Positions 12,290 to 25,859 of a stretch of DNA of 64,000 nucleotides are shown here, piece by piece; position 1 is the first letter of the stretch, and every line of letters begins with the position of its first letter. Under the pieces are notes generated by a model that saw nothing but the letters and a program-made list of their open reading frames with translations, did no database searches and had not been told where the DNA came from. Position numbers and translations under genes: made by a program. The DNA is from Natator depressus (taxonomy: Eukaryota). The stretch spans positions 39,330,920 through 39,394,919 of the forward strand of contig NC_134234.1 in the NCBI RefSeq assembly GCF_965152275.1, read 5' to 3'.

Positions 12290-15200
12290 GGTTCTTAGAG
12301 TGTTCATATCAACTCCATGTTAGGTGTGTGCGCTCCCATGTGCACAGTTGCCAGAGATTTTTCCCTTAGTGGTATCCATAGGGCCATCCCTAGCGTCCCC
12401 TGGAGTCCCGTTCTCATGCTCCAGTATAAGGGGCACTGCTGGCCCCAGACCCCCTCAGTTCCTTCTTATCAGCCGTGACAGTTGCTGAAATGACTTCTTT
12501 TTTGCGCTTGCAAGTTCTCCTAGTGGTTTTTCAACTCTGTTATTCTTGTATATAGTTAGGACTTAGTTGTTAGCAGTTAGTTAAGTTGAAGTAGATAGTG
12601 GTCGCATTCCAGGATGTTGTCCCAGGGACAGGGCATGCCCTGGTCCCCGTGTTTCAAACCGTGTGCCACCTGTCATAAGCCCATGCCAGTGAGCAACCCA
12701 CATGTGAGCTGCTTAAAGTGCATCGGAGAAGCCCACATTAAAGACAGGTGCATGATCTGCAGGAGCTTCAGGCCACACACACACAAAGGGACAGGGACAT
12801 TCATCTGAAGGCCCTGCTAATGGAAGCAGCGCTCAGACTGGCCTTGGAGCTGTCCCACTCTGATTCAGCGCTGAGCACTTCGGCCTCAGTACGGAGTGCT
12901 CCCCCAGCATCATGGTCTGCTTGGCACCATTCACCATCTTCAGTGCCAAGGAAGCGGCACAAGAAAATGTGCACTGAAAGATGGCACTCACCTGTGTCAA
13001 AAAAGGATAAGAGGTGAGTGGCTGACAAGATGAGACCCCCTGCTGGGCCACTCGTCCTCCCCAGAGCTGTGGTTGATGGCAGTTGAGCCCAGTCAGGGAA
13101 CCACCACTGACTCCTGGGAGCAGTTGAGGCACCCTATGCTTGAGATCCCCCTTGACACCAGAGGCATTTCAGGCAGCAGAGGACCTGATGGCCCTCCCAG
13201 TACTGCACAGACCATGAGGCCACTCTTCATTGAAGACTGCTCCCTCCAGAGGGAAACCCCCTCATAGGTCGGCCGCAGTGGTCGCCAACCCAACACCGGT
13301 CCCCAGCATCCCGGCACTGGTCTCCAGTTCCGCAGCCTAGGTCACCAGCTTCATGACACCTGTCCCCAACTCATTGGCATCAGTCACTGGAAGCATGGCA
13401 CTGGTCTCCATCCCCCCGGCACCATTCCCTGACTCCACATCATATCCAGCAGGTGGGAACGGCAACGGCTCCGCCGTGGTCTCCAAGGGAGGAATACTCA
13501 TCGGAGAGGAAGAGGAATCCATCCCCCCACCAAGGAGACCCCACTTTTCTTACGCACTGGACTTTGGTGGTGTTCCTGCTGTGGGCACTTGGCCACCGGG
13601 GCAGTGGCCAGTACACTGGCAATATTGGAACCCGTGAGGGGTTCCTTCCAATGCCAGGCCCCCACTCCCATCTGTCATCCACAGCCACATCTGAGAAGTG
13701 AGTCTTGGCAACACCCCAGCCAGTACAGGACCCCGACTCGGACTCCAAACCCAGTACCAAGACCCCAGCAGTGGCTTAAGTGGAGGTGACCCCAGTAGCA
13801 GAGGACTTTCCAGCTCCTCCTGTGGTGGTGCATCTTCCTCATCCCCAGATTAGGCAGTTGTGGGTTCCACCCCCTGCCACTGGACGACTTCCAGACTCAC
13901 CAAGATCTCCTTAAACAGGTTGCCACGAATTTGGGGCTAGAGGCAGAGGAACTGAAGGAGCCCATGGACAGCCTCTTTGATATTTTTAGCTGCAACAGCC
14001 CCCTCTAAGGTTGCACTGCCAGTCTATGATGGGGTGCTAAAACTGGTTAAAGCACTGGCAGACCCCATCTTCTCTGCCCCAACTTCGAAAAGGGCAGAGA
14101 AAAAAGCCCTGGCTAAGGGGTATGAATACATGTACTTGCACCCTCCTCCTGGGTCCCTGGTGGTTTCCACCGCAAATGAGCGGGACAGACAGGGTCAGGC
14201 AAGCGTCATGTCTAAAAATAAGGATGCGGAGAGACTTGACTTGTTCGGCAGAAAGGTATAGTCAACAGCTAGCCTACACCTCCAGATCTCCAACCAGCTG
14301 GCACTGCTGGGAAGATACAGTTATAACATTTGGGACTCTATGGCCAAGTTCAAAGACTCTCTGCCTCAGGAGTCAAGGTAAGAATTCCTGGTCATTCTGG
14401 AGGAAGGCAAGGCGGTAGCCAGGGCCTCTTTTTAGGCTGCCTTGGATGTGGCTGACTCGGTGGCCAGGTTGATGGTCTTGGAAGTGTCCATGCGGTGCAG
14501 CTCGTGGTTGTAGTCCTTGGGCCTTTCTCATGAGGTGCAGCGGTTGGTCCAAGATCTCCCTTTCAAGGGCAATGCATTGTTCTTGGAGCAGATGGACACC
14601 AAGCTGCACAACCTGAAGGACTCAAGGGCCATGCTGCGATCTCCGGGCCTTTACACGCCCCCAGCCTCCAGAAGGCACTTCTGGCCGCAGCCACATCCAA
14701 GATTTTTGGGGCCTTTTAGACACGAGCCCTACAAGAAAAAAGGGAAGGGTTATAAGCGCAGACCTTGGCCTGCCAGTCAGGCTTGGGCCAATACCTGGCT
14801 GGCCCGAGACAGGCCTTTCGAGAGTGCAACCAAGGACGGCCTACTGGACTTAACCCAGGATCCACCATCCCCCTTTTGTTTTTGGACTGTTTATTTCCAT
14901 TCTGTACTGTGTCCCCCAAATAACTTCAGACCACTGGGTGCTTTCCACCATGACAGTTGGGTACACCCTGCAGTTTTTATCCATTCCTCCCTCCCAACCC
15001 ACATACCTGTCCCTATTCTGGGACCCTTCTCACGAGCATCTCCTCATCCAGGAGGTAGAAACCCTCCTACGTGTGGGGAGCATAAAGGAAGTTGCTTGAC
15101 ACTTGAGAGGGAAAAGGGTTCTACTCCTGATATTTCCTAATCGTAAAGGCCAAAGGGGCCTCAGGCCTTTTAGACCTGCATTGCCTCAACAAATATCTCA

Positions 15201-16950
15201 AGAAGTTCAAATTCCGCATGGTCTCCCTGGCATCCATCTTTTCCCTCCCTGGATCCGGGAAACTGGTACTCAAACTAAAGGATGTTTATTTCCACATCTC
15301 CATCTTCCATGGTCACAGGTGATTCCTATGATTCATGGTGGGCGAGCGCCACTACCAATTCACCACATTCTGTTTCAGACTGGCGTCAGCCCCAAGGGTT
15401 TTCACAAAGTGTATGGCAGTAGTTTAAGCTTACCTAAGACATCGAGGTGTACATATCTACCCCTATTTCAACGACTGGTTAGTCAAGGATCATTCATGAG
15501 CTCAGGTTCAACACAGTGTGAGCAAAGTATGGGCCACCTGTCAAGAGCTGGACCTGCTGATAAATTAGCAGAAATGCACTCTGATTCCAATTCAGAGGCT
15601 AGAGTTTATAGGAACAGTGCTCAACTCTATTCGGGCCAGAGCCTACCTGCCAGAAGCCTAGTTCTGGTGATGTCTGAGCTAATTGCCCCTGTCAGATCCC
15701 ACCCACTCATGACTGCTCTGGTATGCCTCAGGCTGCTCGGTCATATATCAGCATGCACTTACATGGTGCAGTACACACAGTTGTACCCCAGACCTCTTCA
15801 GATGTGGCTGGTGTTAGTCTACTCCCCCCAGAAGGCACCATTTGGACTTAGTTATTACAATCCCTTTGGCCATTCTAGCATCATTAACTTGATGATCAGA
15901 TCCACAGTCAATAATGACCAGGGTTCCTTTTGCCACCCCGTGCTCATTGGTGACATGAATCTCAGATGGGTTAGACCTGGGGTGAGGAGCCCACTTCTGC
16001 AGTCACAGTACCCAGGGCCTCTAGTCACAGGGAGAACTCTCCCTGCACATAAATGTCAGGAAACTCAGGGCAATTCGCTTGGCCTGCCGGGTGTTCCTTC
16101 TCTACCTGTCGGGCAAGGTAGTGCAGGTCCTGACAGACAATACAGACGTGATGTTTTATGTCAACGAGAATGGGGGAGTTTGCTCCTCGGCCCTGTGCCA
16201 GGAGGCTCTTCAATTGTGGGACTTCTGCATGCAACACGTTCATCTCAAGGCATCGCACTTTCCAGGGGACCGGAATACACTGGCAGATCACCTTAGCAGG
16301 TCCTTTTCTTCTCACCACGAGTGGTCCCTCCACCCGGAGGTAATCAGCTCTGCTCAATGCATGGGCTTGGCAACGGTTACCAGTCAGACATCTTCCTACA
16401 GCCGTGGTCAAGGGATCTGCTGTATGCCTTTCCACATATACCGTTGGTACACAAGGTCCTCTTGAAAATCAAGAGGGACAAGGCAAAGGTAATCTTGATT
16501 GCCCTGGCATGGCCGTGCCAGCACTGGTTTAGCATGCTCCTGGACCTTTCCGTAGTAGCTTCACTAGAGCTCCTCGTGTGTCCGGATTTGATCTTACAGA
16601 ACCAAGGCCAGCTACTCCACCCAAACCTTGTGTCCCTGCACCTGGCAGCTGTGTGGCTGAACCAGGAGTAGCAAGCCTGCTCAGAGCATGTCCTCTATCA
16701 GAGCGATCTACTTGGCCAAGTGGAAGCGCTTCACTTCTTGGGCCTGGCGGATCAGCTGAGCAGAGATGTAATGGAACTGCGTGAGTGGTCATTTAAACAA
16801 ATCCACTGTAGACAAGATCTTTACCCTGTGGGGTTAAGATTTGCTCACAACAATACAAAATGCAAAATGTCATCTGTTCTCTTCAAGAGCCGAGAGAAAG
16901 TCTATCCATATCAGACACCTTTCTCCTCATTAGGGTAGAAGTTCTGCTCT
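12290..16950 (+). mobile_element. DIRS-like retrotransposon, copy 2. It is degenerate with many frameshifts and is 3'-truncated.
   Basis: The left ITR at 12296-12365 is homologous to the copy 1 left ITR. The gag Cys motif is at 12614-12808. RT remnants lie at 15103-16296 and RNase H at 16079-16465 (VLTDNTDVMFYVNENG...LADHLSRS). The YR N-terminus (AKWKRFTSWA) is at about 16720. Confidence 0.65.
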
Positions 16951-17214
16951 GTGCCTTCCTTTTCACCAGAGGGGGATAAAGATAAGAAAAGTCAGACCCA
17001 AAATAATTTTTATTGTCCAAGCATGGGCCAATACAGAAGTGGTTGTTAGCCTTTCTGACTTAAACTCTTCCCTCCTGTTGAGCTAATGTCTACCCAGACC
17101 CTCTATCATGCAGACCTCACTGCATGAGCTATAAGACTGTACTGGACCTTGAGAAATCTTGTCCATTACAAGTGCAATAAATATTGATTAAGTAGAAAAC
17201 AGTCAACTAGAAGG

Positions 17215-19000
17215 TACTATCATCTCAAATGGACCAGATTTGTGAAGTGGGTGAGTGAGAAACTTACAAATCCACCCGAAGCACTAGTTCAGTCTATTCT
17301 TGAATATGTACTTGACGTAAAGCTTTCATGACTTTCCCTTTCCTCCTCTGAAGGTTCATGTAGTGGCTGTCCATCATGCATTGATAGATAATAAATCAGT
17401 CTTTACACATGATACAATAAACCAATTAACAAAGGGACTTGCTGAAATGTAGCCACCAATAAAGAATCCAGTACTGTCATGGGATCTCAGTTTAGTTCTT
17501 CCTCAGATTATGAAGCCTGCCTTTGAGCCTATAGCAGTGTTCTCTGTTCCAGCTATCTATCAGAATAGCTTTCATTGTAGCCTAACGTTGGCTAGATGAA
17601 TGAACTACATGCCCTCGAGGCTGATCTTCCATTCATTGTCTTTCACAAAAATAAGGTGATATTTTGCCCTAACCCTAGTTTCCTTCTGTCAAGGTTCCTC
17701 CCCCACTCTGAACTCTAGGGTACAGATGTGGGGACCTGCATGAAAACCTCCTAAGCTTACTTTTACCAGCTTAGGTTAAAACTTCCCCAAGGTACAAATT
17801 AATTTTATCCTTTGCCCTTGGAATATCCACTGCCACCACCAAACTCTAACTGGGTTTACTGGGAAACGTAGTTTGGACACGTCTTTCCCCCCAAAATCCT
17901 CCCAACCCTTGCATCCCACTTCCTGGGAAAGGTTTGGTAAAAATCCTCACCAATTTGCATAGGTGACCACAGACCCAAACCCTTGGATCTGAGAACAATG
18001 AAAAAGCATTCAGTTTTCTTACAAGAAGACTTTTAATAGAAATAGAAGTAAATAGAAGTAAAGAGATCACCTCTGTAAAATCAGGATGGTAGATACCTTA
18101 CAGGGTAATTAGATTCAAAACATAGACAATCCCTCTAGGCAAAACCTTAAGTTACAAAAAAGACACACAGACAGAAATAGTCATTCTATTCAGCACAATT
18201 CTTTTCTCAGCCATTTAAAGAAATCATAATCTAACACATACCTAGCTAGATTACTTACTAAAGTTCTAAGACTCCATTCCTGGTCTATCCCCGGCAAAAA
18301 CAGCATACTGACAGACACAGACCCTTTGTTTCTCTCCCTCCTCCCAGCTTTTGAAAGTATCTTGTCTCCTCATTGGTCATTTTGGTCAGGTGCCAGCGAG
18401 GTTACCTTTAGCTTCTTAACCCTTCACAGGTGAGAGGATTTTTTCCTCTGGCCAGGAGGGATTTTAAAGGGTTTTACCCTTCCCTTTATATTTATGACAC
18501 CTTCCCATGTGGTATCTAACTTTCACCTTAATCAAACAATCTGCCAATATTTTTCCCCAGGTCTCATGCTTATATAGGTGAGTTAAAGCTACATACTTTG
18601 GATGCTAAAAGAGCTCTGGCTTACTATCTTAACAGAACCAAGGAATTTAGGATTTCTAGTCTCCTTGTTTCATATGTAGACAACCATAAGAAACTCACTA
18701 TTTCTTCTTAGACATTATCTAGATGGGCTAGATAGTGCATAGAGAAAAGCTGTAAACTAGCATCTGTTCTACTCTTGCGGGAGTATGCCTTAGACATATT
18801 CAAGTTTTAGAGAGATCTATAGGTCTGCTACTTGGAATTCTATGTGTATTTACAAAACACTACTCCCTAGATCTAGCATCTAGGTTGAATGCTAAGTTTG
18901 GTAGTGTTGCCTGATATATTGATTATGTTACTGATTTAATTTCCCCAATTAGCACTCTGAAATTTGATAGATTCTTGTCCCAAGATTAGGCCAGTATTAC
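17215..19000 (+). mobile_element. DIRS-like YR fragment, copy 3, split by an approximately 860-bp repeat insertion at 17650-18510.
   Basis: The section at 17215-17650 reads RYYHLKWTRFVKW...ILEYVLDVK...VHVVAVHHALID...PPIKNPVLSWDLSLVLPQIMKPAFEP, which is the YR N-terminal domain. The section at 18540-18990 reads HTLDAKRALAYYLNRTKEFRISSLLVSYVDNHKK, homologous to TLDVRRALAFYLECTKPF... in copy 1. Confidence 0.5.
17650..18510. repeat. Unclassified interspersed repeat inserted into DIRS copy 3.
   Basis: It splits a continuous YR reading frame. The internal sequence (...ctagggtacagatgtggggacctgcatgaaaacctcctaagcttac...ccctttatatttatgacac) looks like a high-copy turtle repeat to me. Confidence 0.4.
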
Positions 19001-19084
19001 CAAAATTTCTGTTCAGTTTGGAGCCCTGATGTGCATGGTTGTATCATTCACACTTAGGAAATCGCATTATATTTATAATACTTT

Positions 19085-19925
19085 TATTAATATAGTTAGC
19101 AAATTCATAAACACTCTAGCAAAACAACCTGAAATCCGAGGATGCATCAGGATGTATTTCCGGTAGAGATAAGGAAGTGGTGGTGTTGCCATTATATGAG
19201 GCACTGGTGAAACCTCATCTGGAATACTGTGCACACTTCTGGTCTCCATGTTCAAGAGAGATGAATTCAAATTGGAACAGGTGCAGAGAAGGGGTACTGG
19301 GATGATCAGAGGAATGGAAAACCTACCAAGGAGCTTGCTTGATTTAGCCTAACCAAACGAAAGCTGAGCGGAGATACGCTTATTCTCTACAAGTACATCA
19401 CAAGGATAAATACCAGGGAGGGAGAAGGAGTTATTTAAGTTCAGTGCCAGTGTGGACACAACAAATGGATATAAACTGGCCGTCAACAAGTTTAGAGTTG
19501 AAATTAGATGAAGGTTTCTGACCACCAGAGGAACAAAGTTTGGGAATAGCCTCCCAAGGGGAGCAGTGGGGGCAAAAACTAAATTTGTTCCAAGACTGAG
19601 ATTGATCAGTTTATGGAGGAGATGGTATGATGAAATTGCCTACAACGGCATGTGGCCCATCTGTGACTGCTAGTAGCAAAACTCCCCAGTGGCCAGAGAT
19701 GGGGTACTAGATGGGCAGGGCTCTGAGTTATTACAGAGAATGCTTTCCTGGGTGTCTGGCTGGTGGGTCTTGCGGACATGCTCAGAGTTCAACTGATCAC
19801 CATATTTGGGGTCAAGAAGGAATTTTTCCCCAGGTCAGATTGGCAGAGACCATGGGGGGAGGGGGGTTTGCCGCCTTCTACAGCATGGTGCACAGGTCAG
19901 TTGCTGTTTTAAACTAGAATAAATG
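19085..19925 (+). mobile_element. CR1 LINE 3' end, covering the RT C-terminus and the 3' UTR.
   Basis: The coding part reads LVKPHLEYCAHFWSP...LEQVQRRGTGMIRGMENLPR. The 3' UTR then shows the characteristic ..ctgcagcatggtgcacaggtcagttgctgttttaaactag..ggattctctgtaactggaagtctttaaattgtgatttgagg.. sequence. Confidence 0.7.
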
Positions 19926-20561
19926 GTGGATTCTCTGTAACTGGAAGTCTTTAAATTGTGATTTGAGGAGTTTGGTAACCCAGCCACAGGTTATGGGTCT
20001 ATTACAGGAGGGGGTAAGTGAGGTTCTGTGGCCTGTGATTTGACTAGATCAGTGGTTCTCAAACTTTTTTGGCTCAGGACCCATTTGTAACTGTGTATGG
20101 CCTGTTGCGACCCAGTAAATAGTCTGGGGGTGGAGTCCCTGGGGTGGTTTTGATCGGGTCCTGCCTCCGGGTGGGTGGGGGAGAGTGTCCTGCCCAGCAC
20201 TCACCCCACAGTGGCAGCTCCTGCAGCTCCTGTGCGTGGAATTGGCTGGTCTTGGCTCTCAGCTCAGGGCATTGCAACCTCTGGGGTTGCAGTGCTGCAG
20301 GTTTGCCCTCCCCCTGACTGGACCGAATTTGTGTGAGTGTGTTTGTAGCTCATGGAGTTGCAGTGCCACTCATTCAAATTTGGCCTAACCGGATTCCTGT
20401 CGTCATGATGACTGGGCCAAACCTGAGTGGTGCTAGGACCCCAGAGATTGCAGTGCCTGGAGCCAGGGAGGCGAGCCCAGCCAGCCCTCTGAGCCAGAAG
20501 TCACAGGAGCTGCTGTGTGACCTTTTGAAACATTCTGGTGACCCAATTTTGTGTCCTGACT

Positions 20562-20690
20562 AGGGTGACCAGATGTCCCGATTTTATAGGAACAGTCCTG
20601 ATATTCAGGGCTTCGTCTTATACAGGCGCCTATTGCCCTCCACCCCCGTCCCTATTTTTCAAACCTGCTATCTGGTCACACTAGTCCTGA
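20562..20690. mobile_element. Short MITE with terminal inverted repeats (TIRs) gggtgaccagatgtc / gctatctggtcacactag.
   Basis: The TIRs are complementary over about 14 bp. The internal sequence tttataggaacagtcctgat...cccccgtccctatttttcaaacctgc is typical of a reptile MITE family. Confidence 0.55.
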
Positions 20691-20770
20691 CCCATGGGTT
20701 GAGAAACCCTGGACTAGATGATCATGATGGTCCCTTCCGGCCTCAAAGTCAGAGTTATCTTACTCATCAC
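20690..20770 (+). repeat. CR1-type 3' tail fragment.
   Basis: The sequence ggactagatgatcatgatggtcccttccggcctcaaagtc is the conserved CR1 3' terminus. Confidence 0.5.
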
Positions 20771-22649
20771 CATCATCAGTGGTCGTCTTCTTGGCATCTC
20801 CCAGGGACTTCATCTCTCCCTCCCAAAGCACACAGGCTGGAATACAACTTTTATGTGTGACGCTGTGGCCACTATGCCTAATGCATGTTCAGTAGGGGGT
20901 TCTCCCCTTATTAGTATTTCCTCACCCGACTAATGTTGGGATGCCCTTCTCCCATAGGTTATTCATCCTTTTACCTCAAGCTTATTACATTTATTGACTT
21001 CCCAAACTAAAAATATTCCAAGCGTGGTTACCTACCAGAAGTTTAGTCTTTACGGCAGTCTTTGTTGTGATATCTTATGATCTTCTAGGATCACTCTTGG
21101 TTATACTTATGCTAAGGCTTGTTATGCCTTAGTTAATTTAGCTTAGATTTTTTTTACAGGTCTTGAGGCTTGTAGGCTCATTGCATTATTGCCTTAACTC
21201 AGTGGTTCTGAAACTTGGGGCACACAGGAATGTGTCAAGGGAGGCACGAGCTGTGTGCTTTTTAAGAGCTTTGACTGTCAGCCCTGGGTGGCTTGGACTC
21301 ATGCAAAAGAGTTGTGCACACCTGGGAGTCAGGAAATGGGACTAAAGGGGACAGCTGGAGAATACAACACAGAGCTGTCTTGAGTCCCCACTCAGTAACC
21401 TGGAAAAATTACACACCACCCCGGGCTCCTCTGAGAGGCAATACTTCCCCATTCACAAGCAGAGAGTCTAAGCGTAGAAAAGAAACTTTTAATGAAAGGA
21501 GGAAAGTCATCCAACATTAATTAGGGAAAATGCCACAAGCAGGATTCATAAACAAAACTCTGAGCAGAACACCCACGCCAGAATGTGTGGGGCAGAGTCT
21601 TCTGCCTCATGTTCTTGAGTTCTACAACCAAAAGTTCCTGTACTGTGCTCTCCTCTGCTCCCTCACCATACACCATTCGCAGTGGTTGTCCTTGGTCAGT
21701 GAGGACCCAGGATTCAGAGCTGCATCTGTGTGAATTTACCTCCCACCGAGGGAAGAAGGCACGTTGCTTGCTCCTTCATCTGAGTCTGCATGTGTGTGAG
21801 TTTACCTCCCACCAAGGGAAGAAGGCTCCTTGCTCTGGCTGGCCACCCCACCAACCGCGGTTCCTCTCCGCTGGTCGCCCCGCCTGGCCACCCTCCCAGC
21901 AGCTGTTCCTTGTTACCTGGCTGCCCTACCAACCAACTGCTTGCCACTTTCGCCAGCCACCCATCAATTACCTTCTGCTGCCACCTGCCTCTCTGCTGTG
22001 ACCTCTGTAGGTCAGTCTCTTAGTGATTTTTAACTCTCAGCAAGCTGGGCAGAAACTGCTCCACCATAAGTGATTTCCACTCTTATTGAGTACTTGAAAT
22101 AACAAAATGCTCCTAATGAAGCCAATTTAGCTCTATCTTTGAACAGTGGGGAGGAACTGGTTAAACCAGACCGGGGACCCTTAGAGAGAGTCCACACCTC
22201 CTGGCTGGGACACTTGTCCTCACTCCTCTTACTTTCACAGGAGTCTGGCATTCGAGCTCCTGGCTTAACGAGGTTCTTTTAGCTGAGGGTGACTCCCTCA
22301 TTTGGGACAAGTTAAGTACAGTTCTGCTTCATACAATAAAGACAGCAGTATTGATAACATTTCACTACCCCTGCATTCAGTACTCAAGTGATTTGTAACC
22401 CAGCACCAGCCAAAGTTGATCATTTTGAGCAACACCGCTCTATCTGCTTGATATCTTGGCAGAATAGGTGTGTTCATGTAAATACAGTTTGCTCCTGAAG
22501 TCTCTCCTCCTCCCCAACTAGCTGTCAAAGGAGAGTTCATTCAGACCTGGCTTATACTTACACTTAGTGTGGCTTTTTCCCCCAAGTAAATTTTAAAACA
22601 TTATAAGCAGCGTGCATACAGTGAGAAACAGCTTACATGAGAAATTAAT

Positions 22650-24290
22650 CATTTTGTGACAAAGGGAGAAAAGTGTACAACACAAACCAACGTGAGGACA
22701 GCAGTGGCAGCTCCAGCAAAACACAGAAGCCAAAAATATTACAAAACTTATTTCAACCAGGCTTTACATGGAGCAGGTCCAGCGATGCACCAAGGCCTCA
22801 GTGTGGCAAAGTACTGTCAAACAACAGTATGCAGCCATGGAAGCTACACTGACATCTTAAAGCAAGCTAGCCTACCTTAATATATAAATTTGTAGAGTTT
22901 TTTTGAGAGAAAGCTCAATGAGTTAACAGGACAAAAAGCATTGTGGATATGTACAGCACTGTCACCATGAATGCTACAGAGGCTTCTTACCATGTGGCTT
23001 TGTGCATTGCCAAAGCGGTTAAACCAGACAACATAAGTGAGAAACTACTTCCAGCTGCAATGGATATATGCACAGTGATTATAGGAGAGAAAGCAGCATC
23101 ACACCTAGATGTGATCGTACTTTCTAACGATAGTTTCACCCCATATTGCAGAGATGGTCACTGATGTAAAAAAGCAGCTCCTAGAAAGTCTTTGTCAGAG
23201 CCCATATTATTCAGTTCAGATTGATGAGTCTATCGAGCTATCAAATGCTACCCAGCTACTCATGCATATTTGTTTTGCTACAGCAACGAATTAAAAGAGG
23301 AATTTCTGTTTTGCCATTCATTTCCAACACAAGCAACTGGTGAAGAGCTTTTTAATCTATTAAATATTTTTGTTCAAGGCACAGGCCTTGATTGGGGACT
23401 TTTTGGAATTTGTAGCAATGGAGCACAGTCTGTGGCAGGACAGCATAGCAGGCTTGTGACAAAGGTACAAGCATGCCCACAGCAACCTAGAATCATTGTA
23501 TGATCCACAGATAGGCATTGGATGCTAAGAAGATGGCAGAGGAGCTCAGCAATGTTCTTTCAGTTGCAGTAAAAAATTGTAAACTTTATAAAGTCGCACC
23601 AGATTAATTCAAGGGGTTTTGCCGTTTTGTGCAAAGAGATGGAGGCAAACTTCACACAGTTGTTACATGCAGAAGTTTGTTGGCTGTCCAGGAGATATCT
23701 TTGTTGTCATATCTGGCTGAGATATTCAAGCGACTGAATTCTCTGAATGTGTCACTTCAGGCACAAGATGCAAATGTTTTAATTGCTAATGTTCCAATAG
23801 CAGCATTCATTAACAAACTTGAACTGTGGTCTTCATGTGTACAGCAGGGATCTGTTTCCATATTTTCAACATGGAGGACATTGCGCAACAGTGCGATCTG
23901 TCAGTTGACAGTATCCAAGATGTAATTGTTTAGCACTTAAGGGATCTGTAGGAGCAGTTTCGTGAATACTTTCCTGAAGTGGGCAAAGACAAATGTAATC
24001 AATAGATCAGGAACTCATTCAACTTTAAGCCAAACCCCACAAATATGCTGTTTTCAAAAGAAGAGGAAAACATTATCAACCTGTCAGGCAACAAGGAACT
24101 GCAGCACAAATTTTCACAAATGAAAAGCTTTTGGTTATCAGTGGGATCTGAATTTTATGAGTTAACACACCAGTCTTTTAAAGGACTCATTCCTTTTTCA
24201 TCCCTCTATGTGTGTGAGTCAGGCTTCTCAGCATTAACCACAATCATAACAAAAACAACAAGGAGTCCAGAGGCACCTTAAAGACTAACA
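22650..24290 (+). mobile_element. Decayed hAT (Charlie/Buster-like) DNA transposon, transposase remnant.
   Basis: The ORF fragments read ASYHVALCIAKAVKPDNISEKLLPAAMDICTVIIGEKAASHLDVIVLSNDSF and KSFWLSV..EFYELT...LIPFSSLYVCESGFSALTTIITKTTRS. The second is the hAT C-terminal dimerisation motif. Multiple stops show it is non-functional. Confidence 0.6.
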
Positions 24291-24480
24291 GATTTATTTG
24301 AGCATAAGCTTTCATGGGTAAAAATCTCTCTTCTTCAGAAGCATGGGGTGAAAGTTACAGATGCAGACATAGTGAGGTGTTTACCCACAAAAGCTTATGC
24401 TCAAATAAATCTGTCAGTCTTTAAGGTGCCACCGGACTCCTTGTTGTTTTTGTGGATACAGACTAACACGGCTATCCCCT
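24258..24480. repeat. Hairpin PLE-terminal-repeat element with an approximately 75-bp loop.
   Basis: The arms cttaaagactaacagatttatttgagcataagctttcatgggt and acccacaaaagcttatgctcaaataaatctgtcagtctttaaggtgccac are inverted copies, and the element ends cagactaacacggct. Confidence 0.6.
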
Positions 24481-25077
24481 GATACTTGAAATCATAACAC
24501 AGAATCACTCCCAGCTTTCTATTGAAGATGACTTACATCTCTTCTTTTCTACACTCCAACCCCGAATTCTACTACTTTGTATGGTGAGGAAACAAACACA
24601 CTCCTCCCCCTGAAAAGATAGGACTGATGGATATTATACTGAATTAACATATCATTGTTTGGTGTCCTGTTCCCTAAAATGTTTGAAGTTTTATTTTCAT
24701 TGCGTCCATTTGTATTTTAAAATTAACACTTCTGAAATTCATATGGATCTATAATTGATCAAATACCTTCTATCCTTTTATTCATTTTTTGCAACACACA
24801 GGATTTTCAATTTGTTATATTGTTTTAGTAAACTGTGGGGAGGCAGTTATTTTTTTTTATAGCTCAGGGAGGCTCACTATGACAAAGTTTGATAACCCCT
24901 GCCTTAACATATAACTGTGCCTCACCTAGCAAATACCTGTACCTGTAGGCTACTGTAGGGCAGTACTTCAATGCCTATTCAGTTAGGACTTTTGAGTCCC
25001 AACTTTCCTTTGAGGTACTGCTTGTCAGACTATCCCATAAGCAGGAATATGCAGAGGACACTCAAAGAAATAACCAA

Positions 25078-25380
25078 GATTACTTACCTGTAACTGGAGT
25101 TCTTCAAGGTGGATTCTGCATATTCACATTTCCCATTCACTGTCCCCTTTTCCTCAAATCCTAATGGAATCTTGAGTCTGCAGAAGCAGTGGAAGGAACT
25201 TTAGAGCCTCGCTTTCAGAATATTCAGAAACACAGGGGAGGAGGAGAAAGGGGCACATAAGAGCACTACAGGGCACTGCTGTGAGAAGCTTCCACAGTCT
25301 GAACTGTTTCTGCCAGTGCATCCCATGATTAATTATGCAGAGTCCATCTCAAAGAACTCCAGTTACAGGTAAGTAGACTT
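25078..25380. mobile_element. MITE with approximately 27-bp TIRs, 220 bp upstream of the RNF17 Tudor exon.
   Basis: The left TIR gattacttacctgtaactggagttcttcaa is at 25078-25107 and the right TIR ttcaaagaactccagttacaggtaagtagac is at 25352-25379. Confidence 0.5.
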
Positions 25381-25598
25381 TATTTGCTATAAGGTAAGTA
25401 ACCATTCCTTTCTAAATTAATTTAATTTTTTTCCAGCTACTCTGTCTTTTTTTAAAAAAATTATGGATACTATTTAAAAAAAAACATGAATTAGAGGACA
25501 GAAAATAAAACTTGATGGTATAATACAACTTGTTTTACGGCTCTGATAGCATATGTGCTAAATTTTGGATTAAATAATGTGCTTTTTCCTTCTTACAG

Positions 25599-25734
25599 AA
25601 ATGCCTTGCCTGGCAGAATACAATGATAGCTTGTGGTATAGAGCAAAACTACTCTATATTAAAGAATTTGACCCTGTTAATATTTTGGTTCAATTTGTTG
25701 ACTATGGATCAACTGAAAAATTACCAACAATCAA
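25599..25734 (+). CDS. RNF17: RNF17 (TDRD4) coding exon, start of the C-terminal Tudor domain. Translation: (..)[45 protein letters not shown].
   Basis: Acceptor ttcttacag at 25590-25598 and donor ATCAA|gtaagt at 25735. The translation carries the canonical Tudor core (LWYRA...V.FVDYG..E.L). Phase is continuous with the next exon. The gene name rests on synteny with CENPJ. Confidence 0.6.
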
Positions 25735-25859
25735 GTAAGTGCATAGTTCAATTTTTTAAACTTATATTTATCAAGATCTGGTATTTAAAAAAAAAAATTA
25801 GCTTGCATCTGTACTTCTAAATTGTTCCTGTCTGCCTTAGGTACTTATATGGCCAGCGC

